From: an uncultured virus (IMG/VR IMGVR_UViG_3300031720_000001)
Taxonomy: Duplodnaviria > Heunggongvirae > Uroviricota > Caudoviricetes
IMG/VR virus record: IMGVR_UViG_3300031720_000001
Length of the DNA: 64,000 bases
Strand: one strand, 5' to 3'
The notes below the pieces were generated by a model that was given only the letters and a program-made list of their open reading frames with translations, was not told where the DNA came from and ran no database searches. This document shows, in pieces, positions 47,795 to 57,312 of this stretch (position 1 is its first letter; the number at the start of each line of letters is the position of its first letter). The position numbers and the translations under genes are program-made.

Positions 47795-48441
47795 CCTACA
47801 CCACCAGCATGGTCCCTCGCCGCCGTCGCCGCGCGATGCTGGGCGACGCAGCGGACGACGATCCGTTCGCGGAGTTCTGGGCGCTGCTCGAGGGCGGCCA
47901 GCAGCCCGCGCCGTCGGACAACGTCACCCAGACCACGGGGGGCGGCACGTCGACGTCGGCCTCCGACTTCACCAACGTCGGCGGGATCTGCAAGCCCATG
48001 AACTTCCCGGCGCTGGACGCGGTGCGGGCGCTGCAGGGCCAACTCAACCGGGTGGCGCAGGTGAAGGGGCTGTCCAAGACGGCAGTCGACGGGGCGATCG
48101 GCCCTGGGACGCTGGCGCTGTTCCGGAAGGTCCAGTCGGCATCGAACGGATCGGTGATGGGCGATCCATCGTCGTGCATGGGAGTGGCGCCGGATGTCGA
48201 CGTACTGGGGGCACAGGTCAAGGACCTGGCGGACATGCTGGGCGCACCGGCGACGGTATCGGGTCCCATCGGCATCACGGTCCCCACGATCGTGACCAAG
48301 AGCGGCAAGACGGTGGTGGCGCCGACCGGCGGGATCGCGGCGTCGCTGGCGTCGATGTCCGGGATCGAGAAGATCGCGATCGTGGGCGTGGCCGGGGCGA
48401 TCGGCTACCTCCTCCTGGGCAAGAAGAAGCGGAGGAAGTGA
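47791..48441 (+). CDS. Membrane-anchored protein with a peptidoglycan-binding-like domain and MxY leader
   Basis: MTY..RRRRRAMLGD; VRALQ..VDGAIGPGT; TM followed by KKKRRK. Confidence 0.7.
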   Translation: MTYTTSMVPRRRRRAMLGDAADDDPFAEFWALLEGGQQPAPSDNVTQTTGGGTSTSASDFTNVGGICKPMNFPALDAVRALQGQLNRVAQVKGLSKTAVDGAIGPGTLALFRKVQSASNGSVMGDPSSCMGVAPDVDVLGAQVKDLADMLGAPATVSGPIGITVPTIVTKSGKTVVAPTGGIAASLASMSGIEKIAIVGVAGAIGYLLLGKKKRRK

Positions 48442-48731
48442 TGTCCAGGTTCCTGCAGGATTGTGTGCGACCACCCGGATCTGTGTTGGTTCTGGGCGAT
48501 GACGGCGCGGCGGTTCCGGTGCCGGCCGCGCCGCCCTTCAACCTCCGCGGGGCGCTGACGTCCGAGCCGGTCAAGACGGCGTCGGCGATCGCGCTCACCT
48601 ACCACGGCTACCGGCGGACCGGCTCGATCGTCTGGGCGCTGATCTACGGCCTCGCCGGTCGTCTGGTGCCGGTCGCGGCGGTGCCGATCTCCCTGGCCCA
48701 GGGCTACGGGCAGAAGAAGAGTTGCCCGTGA
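48441..48731 (+). CDS. Small membrane protein
   Basis: YHGYRRTGSIVWALIYG..VPISLAQGYG. Confidence 0.65.
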   Translation: MSRFLQDCVRPPGSVLVLGDDGAAVPVPAAPPFNLRGALTSEPVKTASAIALTYHGYRRTGSIVWALIYGLAGRLVPVAAVPISLAQGYGQKKSCP

Positions 48732-49057
48732 AGTACGCTTATCAATACACCGGGGCACCGCTCCTGCAGTGGGGGATGCACGCGCCCTATCAGTCGCGCG
48801 CGGCCGACACGGTCGCGCTGGGCTCCTTGGGCGGCTCGACCCTGGCCGGGCCCACGCTGGTTCTGCCAGCGCCCGGCGCGCCCGAGCCGATCGACGTCAC
48901 GCCCGGCATGGGCGGCTGCAGCTGCAGCGGATCGTGTGGCTGTGGCACGGGCACGGGGCTGTCCGGATTCGTCGACGCGATCCCGGGCGGCTACGTGACG
49001 CTCGGGATCGGCGCGCTGATCGCGTGGAGGATGCTGCGCAAGAAGCGGAGGCGGTGA
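48728..49057 (+). CDS. Small membrane protein
   Basis: GTG-KY start; LGSLGG, GMGG; C-terminal TM followed by RKKRRR. Confidence 0.65.
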   Translation: MKYAYQYTGAPLLQWGMHAPYQSRAADTVALGSLGGSTLAGPTLVLPAPGAPEPIDVTPGMGGCSCSGSCGCGTGTGLSGFVDAIPGGYVTLGIGALIAWRMLRKKRRR

Positions 49058-49338
49058 GCATGCATGTCGTGGCGACCATCCTTGGTATGCGGATTCGCGT
49101 GTCGCGCATGCCCATAGGCTTTCGCGTCCAACGGCTTGATGGCAACGACCTATCCCCGCCACCGGGCATGGCACTGCCGATGATCGGCATTGTCTGGAGT
49201 GCCATGATCGATCACATCGGACGTGGAGAATCGCGTCCTGTCGCGGAGGAGGGCGATGGGGTCACACTGGATCTGGGTATCATTGAGGCATCTTATGCCG
49301 ACGACGAGAGCAGGTTAGCGGAGATCGAGGCAGGGTGA
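49054..49338 (+). CDS. Hypothetical protein with atypical (lower-GC) codons
   Basis: Overlaps both neighbours by 4 bp; many A/T-ending codons. Confidence 0.45.
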   Translation: MSMHVVATILGMRIRVSRMPIGFRVQRLDGNDLSPPPGMALPMIGIVWSAMIDHIGRGESRPVAEEGDGVTLDLGIIEASYADDESRLAEIEAG

Positions 49339-49625
49339 AGTACTCGGTCTACGACTACACGCGGCGCGCCTACGACTACTACGAGGCGCCCGGGCCCGGC
49401 GGCACGCACGCCGGATCGCCCGCGGTCGCGCGCTCGCTGGGCCAGATAGGCACCGCGCCCGATCGCGCGTCGTGGCGGCTGCCGCTGGGCGCCAAGCGGG
49501 TCGGCAGCGGAGAGCGCCCGCAGGGCCGGATCGCCAGCCTGGGGAGCATGGACCTGACCTCCAATCCGCTCCGCCTGGGCATCCTGGCGGTCCTGGCTTA
49601 CGTTGGCTGGAGGGCACTGCAATGA
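49335..49625 (+). CDS. Small membrane protein
   Basis: YSVYDY..YDYYE; C-terminal TM. Confidence 0.65.
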   Translation: MKYSVYDYTRRAYDYYEAPGPGGTHAGSPAVARSLGQIGTAPDRASWRLPLGAKRVGSGERPQGRIASLGSMDLTSNPLRLGILAVLAYVGWRALQ

Positions 49626-50350
49626 CCTACACGAGCACGGCCATCAAGCGCTATCGACGCAGGAAGCCTCGGGGCCTGGGCGACCTGCTGGAGGACATCT
49701 TCCGGGGCGCCGGCGGCGGCAGCGCCGAGCAGCAGTGCATCAATGCCGCGAACCAGACCATGGCGCCCTTCGATGCCAAGGTCGACGACCTGGCCAAGAC
49801 CTGGACCCCGACCGGGTTCTACACCAGCAGCGAGCTCCGCGACATGGTGAGCGTGACGCTCCAGGCCGTGACCCGCGCCCAGGCGGCGCTCGACGCGGCG
49901 GCAGCCGAGCCCAACGCGTCCCAGGCCAGCGTCATGCGGGCGACCGACGACCTCGCGCGCGCGGGCAGCCGGTCGCTCGACTACCTGGGCGCCGCGCAGA
50001 CGGCCGACCAGCAGGGCCTACGCGTCGTCAACGCCCCGGGCCTCAAGCGCTGGGTCACCGACACCCTGGGCACCGCGTCCAGCGCGATGATCACCGCGTC
50101 GGTGATCGGCTGCATCACGCCGTGGTGGGTGGGCGCGATGTCGGCATTCCAGTCGGCGTTCGATACCGCGTGGGCGTTCGCCAAGCGGCTCACCGGCGCC
50201 GTGATCGCGATCGGCGAGACCGTGCTCAAGGTCGCCGACGACCTCCCCCAACTCTACGACGTGCTCAAGTACGCCCTGGTCGCCGGCGGGGCCTACTGGC
50301 TCTACATCCAGCTTGCCAACCTCAAGAGCTCGGGGCGCACGGTCCTGTGA
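49622..50350 (+). CDS. Helical membrane protein with MxY leader
   Basis: MTY..KRYRRRKPRGLGD; C-terminal TM. Confidence 0.7.
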   Translation: MTYTSTAIKRYRRRKPRGLGDLLEDIFRGAGGGSAEQQCINAANQTMAPFDAKVDDLAKTWTPTGFYTSSELRDMVSVTLQAVTRAQAALDAAAAEPNASQASVMRATDDLARAGSRSLDYLGAAQTADQQGLRVVNAPGLKRWVTDTLGTASSAMITASVIGCITPWWVGAMSAFQSAFDTAWAFAKRLTGAVIAIGETVLKVADDLPQLYDVLKYALVAGGAYWLYIQLANLKSSGRTVL

Positions 50351-50907
50351 CGACCAAGCGCAAAGCCGCGGTCATCCCGCCGGGCGCGACGGCTGCGGTG
50401 GACAAGTACGTCGAGTTCCACCGCTTTGGTCCCAGGCAGATCGGCGAGTTTCCGAGCTCGTTCGCGATCCCGTCGCGCATGTACCGAGCAGGGACCTCCA
50501 AGTGGGTCACCTACGAATCGAGCAAGGTCGACCCCGAGACGCTGGTCCGCCCCAAGCGGCCGGTCAGCTACATCCACGAGCACGACGCGGGGGTCACGAC
50601 CTACCTGACGACCGCGGGCGGCCTGGACCTCGAGCTCGAACGCGTGGACGTCCCGGCGGCGTTCCGCGGCACGCAGGCACTGACCCGGCTGGGCTTGTGC
50701 CTGGGGTTCTGTTTCGTCGATCCCGCCGGCAACAAGCGCGAGGCCCGCGGCGTGCGGCCGTTCCCGGTTCTGTACACCGTGCCCAGCGGCCGGTGTCTGA
50801 TCGTCCTGGAACTGCACCAGGAGCGCGGCGTCATTCATGATGCCGACGTGATCGCCATGATGTGGGGCGGCGGCCTGGGCGTGTTCGCCCGGGGGATCGA
50901 CGGCTGA
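50347..50907 (+). CDS. Hypothetical virion-operon protein
   Basis: GTGA coupling; Y.EFH..YIHEH..GG..V..RGIDG. Confidence 0.65.
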   Translation: MTTKRKAAVIPPGATAAVDKYVEFHRFGPRQIGEFPSSFAIPSRMYRAGTSKWVTYESSKVDPETLVRPKRPVSYIHEHDAGVTTYLTTAGGLDLELERVDVPAAFRGTQALTRLGLCLGFCFVDPAGNKREARGVRPFPVLYTVPSGRCLIVLELHQERGVIHDADVIAMMWGGGLGVFARGIDG

Positions 50908-50909
50908 CC

Positions 50910-51359
50910 ATGGCCACCGATCCGGTTGTCCCCACCTCGCTGATCACGGTGCTCATCATCGCCGTGACCGCCCTGTCGGGCGTGGTGGCGTACCTGTTCA
51001 AGCACTACCAGAACAAGCTGTCCGAGATGGAGAAGGACCGCCGGGAGCGCGAGGCCCAGCAGGTCCAGGAGCGCGCGGCGTGGGCGCAGGAGCGGGTCCG
51101 GCTCGAGAAGGAACAGGAGACCTTCGAGATCCGGGTCCGCGGCGAGTTCGAGGGCAAGCACAAGCTCGTCCTCGAGCACCAGGTGAAGATGGTGACCGAT
51201 CTCCACGAGGCGGCCCGCGAGCACGAGACCGCCTCGCGCCGAGAGTTCGCCACGACGATGGAGATGGTGGCCGACAAGAGCACCGAGGCCTCCGAGAAGG
51301 TGGCCGCCGTGCTCGATAAGTTCCTGGACCGGTTCGTCACCGGCCGGCGAAAGGGGTGA
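50910..51359 (+). CDS. N-terminal TM plus coiled-coil protein (holin-like?)
   Basis: One hydrophobic helix followed by charged heptads. Confidence 0.55.
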   Translation: MATDPVVPTSLITVLIIAVTALSGVVAYLFKHYQNKLSEMEKDRREREAQQVQERAAWAQERVRLEKEQETFEIRVRGEFEGKHKLVLEHQVKMVTDLHEAAREHETASRREFATTMEMVADKSTEASEKVAAVLDKFLDRFVTGRRKG

Positions 51360-51647
51360 CACGTGGGGACCAGACCACCCAGAAAGTTTCCCGATGGCTC
51401 AACCAATGGCCATCGGCTCGGACGAGCGGCGGTCCGCGCGATCGACGCCTATATGATGGTGGCCAAGAAGGCGGCCGAGCTCGCCGACCACCTGGACCAA
51501 CTGACCGCCCCGGGCGTGATCCGGGCGCTGCTCTCGGACGAGGACAGCCTGGTCATCGTGATCAAGGAGCTCACCGAAGGTCGCGAGTTGTAGGCGGCGG
51601 GGAACGTGCCAACTACCCCTTAAACCATCCGTGATCTCGCGATCCTC

Positions 51648-51685
51648 CTTGCCAGTGGCAAGAAAGGTTCCGAAGGGGGTTGACA
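51648..51685 (+). promoter_or_regulatory. Operator plus -35-like TTGACA upstream of the core/capsid genes
   Basis: Palindrome at 51648-51662; TTGACA at 51680-51685; no clear -10 box. Confidence 0.55.
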
Positions 51686-51717
51686 TAACAAGGCACCCTG
51701 TCCGCAGCCTGGACGTG

Positions 51718-53331
51718 ATGCCGATCCTCTACGTGAACGGGAAGCGCCGCGGAATGCGGGTGCGCGGCAGGGCACGGGTGAGCCTGACCGGGAACCCGAA
51801 GCGGAAGGCACGCAAAGGCAAGGTGCCGCCCGCACTGGCGCGGTACTGGAAGGCGCGGCGCTCGCCGGGGTCGGTCACACGTCGGCGTCGCAAGGGTCGC
51901 AGCTTTCTGCTGCGTGCGCGGAAGGCTAACCCCGCCAAGCGGGTCACACGGCGTGCCCATCGCGGCGTGCACGGAGCTCCGGCCAACGCGGGGTTCTGGA
52001 AGAAGAGGCGCCGTAAAGGCCGCAAGGGGCGGTACTCGGCATACCTATCCAGCGTGGCCGACAGTCGCGGTCGGAAGTCACGACATCGCGGTCGGAAGGC
52101 ACGACATCGCCGTCGCGCCCAGGCGGAATGGCACAAGGACGGCCCGGGTGGGCGATGGGTCCAGGGAGTACGTCGCAAGAAACGTCGCAAGACCAGTCAC
52201 AAGCGGCGCCGTCGAGCCCGCAGGAGCACACCAGTCATGGCGAAGCGTCGGAAGACTCGAAGGAAAGGCGGCGGTCGCTCGAAGGCAGCGCGCCGTCGCG
52301 CGGCACTCAAGGGCGTGCGCCGTCGGCGAGCTCGCGCGGCAACGCCCAAGCGTCGTCGTCGTCGTCAGTCGCGCGCGCGCCACACTAGGCGCCCCCGGCG
52401 TCGTCGGTCGCGGCGGACTGCTACCAAGCGTCGCCGCCGTCGTCGGTCGCACGCGGCCCCGACGCGGCGTCGTCGCCGGTCTCGGCGGTCGCACACGACG
52501 AAGCGCCGCCGTCGCAGGCGGTCGGCCACGAGGCGCGTCACCCGTCGCGGTCGCGGCCGTCGTGCCCACCTCGCCAAGACGATCTTGATGATCCCGGGCA
52601 AGACCCTGCGCGGTAACCCGGGTCGCCGCCGCCGTCGGAAGTCTCGTCGGCGCGGGCGTCGATCGTACCGTCGGTACGGGCGGCGGCGCTACCGGCGCAA
52701 CCCGGGAGGCTTCCTGATCGACCTGGCCAAGCGCGCTCTGCCGGTGCTGTTCGGGTTCTACGGGACCCGGCTGATCGTGAGCCGCATCGGCCCGATGATC
52801 CCGGGCGTCGCATCGCTGGGCACGCTGGCCGGTCCTGTTTTGTCCGTAGGCTCGGTCATCGGCATGAACTACTTCACCAAGAAGGTGGCGTTCCTGGCCA
52901 AGCACCGGACCGAGCTCATGCTGGGCTCGATGTTCTCGGCGATCGACATCGTCATCCAGGCGTTCGCGCCCGCCAGCGTCAAGGCGCTGGTCGGCATGAG
53001 CGACTACGTGGCGGTCGGCGACTACTTCTCGATGGGCGCCATCCCGCTGGACGACCGGATGACGATGTCGGACTACGTGGCGGTCGGCGGCGACGGCGTC
53101 GAGGAGGAGCTCGGGCTCGAGGAGGAGCTCGGCGTCGAGGAGGAGCTCGGCAATGACCTCCTGGGCGGCATGCCGGGCGCGGCCTCGCTGATGAAGCAGG
53201 TCCCCACGCAGCGGTTCATGCAGCCGATCCCTGCCCGGTCGTTCACGCGCCAGATCCCGGCGGCCGGTACGTCGTACGACAACCCCAACCAGCTCTACGC
53301 CGGCATCTTCAACGGCGGGTTCGGTCGCTAG
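51718..53331 (+). CDS. Protamine-like Arg-rich core protein fused to a membrane domain and acidic repeats
   Basis: About 330 aa of Arg/Lys runs with NP motifs, then hydrophobic helices, MSDYVAVG x2 and EEELG x3. Confidence 0.75.
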   Translation: MPILYVNGKRRGMRVRGRARVSLTGNPKRKARKGKVPPALARYWKARRSPGSVTRRRRKGRSFLLRARKANPAKRVTRRAHRGVHGAPANAGFWKKRRRKGRKGRYSAYLSSVADSRGRKSRHRGRKARHRRRAQAEWHKDGPGGRWVQGVRRKKRRKTSHKRRRRARRSTPVMAKRRKTRRKGGGRSKAARRRAALKGVRRRRARAATPKRRRRRQSRARHTRRPRRRRSRRTATKRRRRRRSHAAPTRRRRRSRRSHTTKRRRRRRSATRRVTRRGRGRRAHLAKTILMIPGKTLRGNPGRRRRRKSRRRGRRSYRRYGRRRYRRNPGGFLIDLAKRALPVLFGFYGTRLIVSRIGPMIPGVASLGTLAGPVLSVGSVIGMNYFTKKVAFLAKHRTELMLGSMFSAIDIVIQAFAPASVKALVGMSDYVAVGDYFSMGAIPLDDRMTMSDYVAVGGDGVEEELGLEEELGVEEELGNDLLGGMPGAASLMKQVPTQRFMQPIPARSFTRQIPAAGTSYDNPNQLYAGIFNGGFGR

Positions 53332-53433
53332 CTTCACCCCGAGATTCGAGATGCGGCGGGAGGCACCCGCCAGGTGACCACCCGGGGAAGTCCCCGCTCA
53401 CCGAACCAAACGTACAAGCAAGGACCTTCCGAC

Positions 53434-54009
53434 ATGCCTCGTCTCCACGGTTACCGCGAGCGTCTCCACCAGCCGGTGTGGGACACCCTCATTCGCACCA
53501 CCGGCGATCCGACGAACCCGATCGTCAACAGCACCAAGCTGTTTGGCAACGCGAACATCGGCAACCTCGCGCTCACCAACCTTCAGGTCGCCGGCCAACT
53601 CGCGTCCGATCAGACGTACGTGATCCTGGCGCTCCGGTGCTGGATGTTCTTCGACGGGACCAACCGCCGGAACAACTACCTGAACGTCACGTCGCAGTTG
53701 TTCTGGACCCTGGTCGTGGGCAACAAGCCCATGTTCCAGGCGCCGTGCTGGTACCACCCCGCCGGCGGCGGCGTCTGGGGCTTCGACTCGACCGCGTCGA
53801 TCTTCTCCCACGGCACGCCGGAGCAGGCGTCGATCCTGAAGCTCGCGCGTCCGATCATTGTTCCGGTGCGCCAGAACTTCGCGGCCTCCGCGGACTTCTT
53901 CGCGATCGGCACGACCTCGGCGCTGGACGGCCTCAACAGCGGCGCCACCGACGACGTGAAGAACATCATGTACATGCTGGACGGTCTGCAGACCCGCGAC
54001 GTCCAGTGA
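53434..54009 (+). CDS. Candidate major capsid protein 1 (single jelly-roll-like)
   Basis: 191 aa, beta-rich, strongly biased codons, AAGGA RBS; position after the core protein gene; fold is inferred. Confidence 0.6.
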   Translation: MPRLHGYRERLHQPVWDTLIRTTGDPTNPIVNSTKLFGNANIGNLALTNLQVAGQLASDQTYVILALRCWMFFDGTNRRNNYLNVTSQLFWTLVVGNKPMFQAPCWYHPAGGGVWGFDSTASIFSHGTPEQASILKLARPIIVPVRQNFAASADFFAIGTTSALDGLNSGATDDVKNIMYMLDGLQTRDVQ

Positions 54010-54129
54010 ACTAGCGCATCCGCGCTGGCGGCACCCCGAGATTCGAGCCTGTTACCGTCGGGGCCAAACCCTCGACGCGCACCACCCCGGCACGGGCCGG
54101 GCGCACCCCTTTCTCCGGGAGATCGACTC

Positions 54130-54753
54130 ATGGCCGGCAACGATCAGATCGCAGCGCTCATCCGCGGGCACAACACTGCGATCCGCAACCTCCAGCAGGG
54201 CCAGGCCCAGATCATCGCCGCGCTCAACGCGCTGCAGAGCCGTCCCCGGACCATCCAGGAGGAGATCGACGCCATCGAGGGGCGACGCATCGAAGGCGTG
54301 CTCTCGGGGGAGGTCACGTTCACCGCCGCCGACGTCGGACAGCGCGCGGCGCCCATCGTGTTTCAGGTTTCGCAGGATGGGCCGTTCATCATGACGCACT
54401 ACCCGCTGTGTCTGTGGCGGCCGACCGCGCCCACCAACGCCACCAACCTCAACCGGTGGCGCCCGGTGTCGACGTTCCCCCTGCCCGACCAGGTCGTCGA
54501 CACCGACATCATCGATCTGCTGTACGAGCTCAACGACGGCGGATCGCAGCGCCTGGGCCAGAACGAGGCGCGAGGCCCGCTGTTCTCCAGGCCCGACAAC
54601 ATCGTGCCGTGCCCCATCCCGACGGTGTGGTCGCCCAACGCGGCCATCCTGTTCCAGCCCACCTACCTGCGGTTGACCTGGGATGGCACCGTCGCACCGA
54701 CCCAGGGCACGCTCCACGTCGATCTGATCGGCTACCGCATCGCCAACCTCTGA
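54130..54753 (+). CDS. Candidate major capsid protein 2 (single jelly-roll-like)
   Basis: 207 aa, beta-rich; V.QDGPF..L.DGGSQR..P.P..L.V.L.GY; GGAG RBS; fold is inferred. Confidence 0.55.
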   Translation: MAGNDQIAALIRGHNTAIRNLQQGQAQIIAALNALQSRPRTIQEEIDAIEGRRIEGVLSGEVTFTAADVGQRAAPIVFQVSQDGPFIMTHYPLCLWRPTAPTNATNLNRWRPVSTFPLPDQVVDTDIIDLLYELNDGGSQRLGQNEARGPLFSRPDNIVPCPIPTVWSPNAAILFQPTYLRLTWDGTVAPTQGTLHVDLIGYRIANL

Positions 54754-55286
54754 TGTCCTACCACCGCCCACCGCGCTTGGCCCTGGTCGGTCGCGCTCGC
54801 GGCCGGAGCGAAACCATGTCCGGAGCCCTGCCCGTGGGCGACGTGGCCGGGTTGGTGGCGGGCGACCAGTTGCCGCAACTGGCCGCGGTCGTCAACCGGT
54901 TCGGGCCCGGCGCGCCGGCCGCCTACCAGTTCACCAGCAAGGTCTTCCCGGTTGCCACTGGCAAGATCGATCCCGAGATCGCGCTGGTGGCGACCACCAT
55001 CTACCTCCGGCGGGCGACCGACGCCTACAGCCAGTTCCACGATCCGGGGTCGGCGGCGGCGATCGCGCGGGCCAACGCGGGGTTTGGCGATCCGGTCGGC
55101 TTTGTGACCGCGAACCTGGCCGACGTGGTGACGACGATCGGCGGGTTCGCCGACAGCCTGGGGCTCCCCGCTGCGGGGGGCGCCGGATCGCTCCCGGGGC
55201 TCCCTTCCACGATCGCGGGGATCGACACGCAGACTGTCCTCCTGGTTGCAGGCGGGGCCCTTGCGCTCTGGATGGTGACCCGATGA
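54753..55286 (+). CDS. Membrane-anchored protein with MxY leader
   Basis: MSYHRPPR..VGD; C-terminal TM. Confidence 0.65.
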   Translation: MSYHRPPRLALVGRARGRSETMSGALPVGDVAGLVAGDQLPQLAAVVNRFGPGAPAAYQFTSKVFPVATGKIDPEIALVATTIYLRRATDAYSQFHDPGSAAAIARANAGFGDPVGFVTANLADVVTTIGGFADSLGLPAAGGAGSLPGLPSTIAGIDTQTVLLVAGGALALWMVTR

Positions 55287-55894
55287 GCACCTCGATCACC
55301 ACGCGGGAGGTCCAGCAGGCAGCGGCCGAGCTCGCGCGCATGCGCGCGGCGCTCACGAGCTGGCTCCGCTATCGGACGCTGAACGACCGGGTGCTGGCCG
55401 GGACGGCGGCGGTGCGTAAGCCACTGACCTACGCCCAGCGCGTGGTGGCGAGCGCGCGCGACATGCAGACCGAGCAGGACCTCGCCAACAAGCTCCACGC
55501 GCTGCTCGAGGTGGTGATGCCCGGCCAGGACCTGCCCAACGCCGATCTCCGCTCGAACCCCGCGGGGGCGGTACAACTAGCGCAGGTGGCGATCATGGGT
55601 GGGACCCAGGTCGCCGGGCCCGTGGCGACCGGGGGGCTGTTCACGGCGGGTCATCCCTGGCTATGGCCGGTCCTCATCGTCGGCGGCCTGCTCATCACGG
55701 TCACGACCGCGATCAAGACCGCCGCGGACGTGGCCAAGGATCGAGAGGAGAAGGCCTGCATCGAGGCGGGGGCGTGCACGGACTACGGGTTCTGGCTCAA
55801 GGCGGGCGGGGTCGCGGTCCTGGCGTTCCTGGCATGGCATCACATGGGCGGGCGGGAGGCGGTTCATTCGCTGACCAAGAAGAGGAGGTCGTGA
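55283..55894 (+). CDS. Two-TM membrane protein
   Basis: Two hydrophobic helices; KKRRS tail. Confidence 0.7.
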   Translation: MSTSITTREVQQAAAELARMRAALTSWLRYRTLNDRVLAGTAAVRKPLTYAQRVVASARDMQTEQDLANKLHALLEVVMPGQDLPNADLRSNPAGAVQLAQVAIMGGTQVAGPVATGGLFTAGHPWLWPVLIVGGLLITVTTAIKTAADVAKDREEKACIEAGACTDYGFWLKAGGVAVLAFLAWHHMGGREAVHSLTKKRRS

Positions 55895-55912
55895 CCGAGC
55901 TCGGCTAAGGCC

Positions 55913-55950
55913 GCCCGTCGACGCAAGTCGGCGCGGGAGGTTTTTGTTTC
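55913..55950 (+). terminator. Possible intrinsic terminator
   Basis: Imperfect GC hairpin around a GCAA loop followed by TTTTTGTTT. Confidence 0.45.
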
Positions 55951-56027
55951 GAACACCAATAAGAAAACCCGGAGAGACGCGCCTGCCCAGAGCGGCGGGC
56001 GACCTTGGCCGAGCTCCACGAGACACC

Positions 56028-56375
56028 ATGAACTACATCCGCCGATACCGACGCCCGCGACCCCGTGCGATGCACGGGATGGGCGATCTCGCGAGCACGA
56101 TCGGGACCGCGATCGACATCGCTGCCGATCCGTATCTGGCGGAGGTGGTCTGCCGCATCGGGCAGCTCAAGAACATCGATCACGGCGAGCCGGTGGCGAC
56201 CTGCGTGGAGACCCCGCCGGGCGCGATCGGTGGCGTCGGGCTTCGCAACGCCGCGCCGGTCCTGCGGGGCTACGTCTACGCCCAGCAGAACAAGTGGGTG
56301 TACCCCCTGGCGGTGATGGTCGTCTTGGGGATCCCGCTCCTGATCGGCTACGAGCTCGGAAAGGGGCAAGGATGA
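56028..56375 (+). CDS. Small membrane protein with MxY leader
   Basis: MNYIRRYRRPRPRAMHGMGD; C-terminal TM. Confidence 0.7.
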   Translation: MNYIRRYRRPRPRAMHGMGDLASTIGTAIDIAADPYLAEVVCRIGQLKNIDHGEPVATCVETPPGAIGGVGLRNAAPVLRGYVYAQQNKWVYPLAVMVVLGIPLLIGYELGKGQG

Positions 56376-56662
56376 AGACCTCCACGCTCTTGCTCCTGGG
56401 TGGCGCGGCGGTCGTCGGCTACCTGTACGCCAAGCGCAAGGCGGATGGCGCGGCGGCGGCGACGACCCGGGCGCAGTCGCTGACCGCCCCGGCGCCGACC
56501 GTCAACGTCATCGTCGACCGCGACGACGACTACGGTCCTGCGTGGTCGTGGGGTGGCCCGGCCTGGGGCGCCCGATCGTGGGGCGGCTTTCGAGGCGGCG
56601 GCCACGGTCACGGTCACGGCGGCCACGGCCATGGCGGCCACGGCCATGGAGGGCACCACTGA
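56372..56662 (+). CDS. Small membrane protein with Gly/His-rich tail
   Basis: N-terminal TM; GHGHGHGG repeats. Confidence 0.6.
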   Translation: MKTSTLLLLGGAAVVGYLYAKRKADGAAAATTRAQSLTAPAPTVNVIVDRDDDYGPAWSWGGPAWGARSWGGFRGGGHGHGHGGHGHGGHGHGGHH

Positions 56663-57312
56663 TGAGCTACGAACGCGATCCGGATCGATCGACCCGGGGC
56701 CCGGGGGCGATCGCCGCGCTCGATCGACCGGGCGGCCGGCGCGATCAGCGGCGGGTCATGCGCGCGCAGGCCACGATCGCCCGCGATCGGGCGATGTCCG
56801 CCGTCACCCGTGGGGCGCTCGGCCGGATCGCGCTCGACAAGCCGCCCGGCAGCGGGATCTCGATCGTGCCCAAGATCCCGATCAAGGTGGCGGCGCCCCC
56901 ACCCCCACTGCCCCTGCCGGTGGGTCCCGTGATGGTCCGGTTCCCGGACAGCCCGCCACCGTCCCCGGTGCCGCTGCCCATGCCGGTCACGACGATGAAG
57001 CCGCCGACCACCGTCGAGTCGCCGCCCATCATCCCGATCATCACGCCGGTCGTCGACCTGCCGCCGCTGGCGCTACCCCCGATCCCTGGCCCGTCGGGCG
57101 GCAAGAGCTCGGGCGGATCGGGCGGGATGAGCTCGGGCGCGGGCACGGTCATGACCAGCGGGGGCGTCCGGCCGCCGATCCAGGTCACCATCGGGCCCGA
57201 TGCCCCGCTCCCGGACGTCGCCGTGGCCGAGGACCACACCACCCGGAACCTCTTGCTGGTGGGTGGCGGCGCGCTGGCGCTCTACCTGCTCCTGCGCAAG
57301 CGAGGTCGGTGA
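56662..57312 (+). CDS. Pro-rich membrane-anchored protein
   Basis: MSY start; C-terminal TM followed by RKRGR. Confidence 0.65.
   Translation: MSYERDPDRSTRGPGAIAALDRPGGRRDQRRVMRAQATIARDRAMSAVTRGALGRIALDKPPGSGISIVPKIPIKVAAPPPPLPLPVGPVMVRFPDSPPPSPVPLPMPVTTMKPPTTVESPPIIPIITPVVDLPPLALPPIPGPSGGKSSGGSGGMSSGAGTVMTSGGVRPPIQVTIGPDAPLPDVAVAEDHTTRNLLLVGGGALALYLLLRKRGR

Noticed and set aside
21884..54009. Diversity-generating retroelement explaining the capsid paralogs
   Set aside because: No reverse transcriptase found, and the divergence is not adenine-specific
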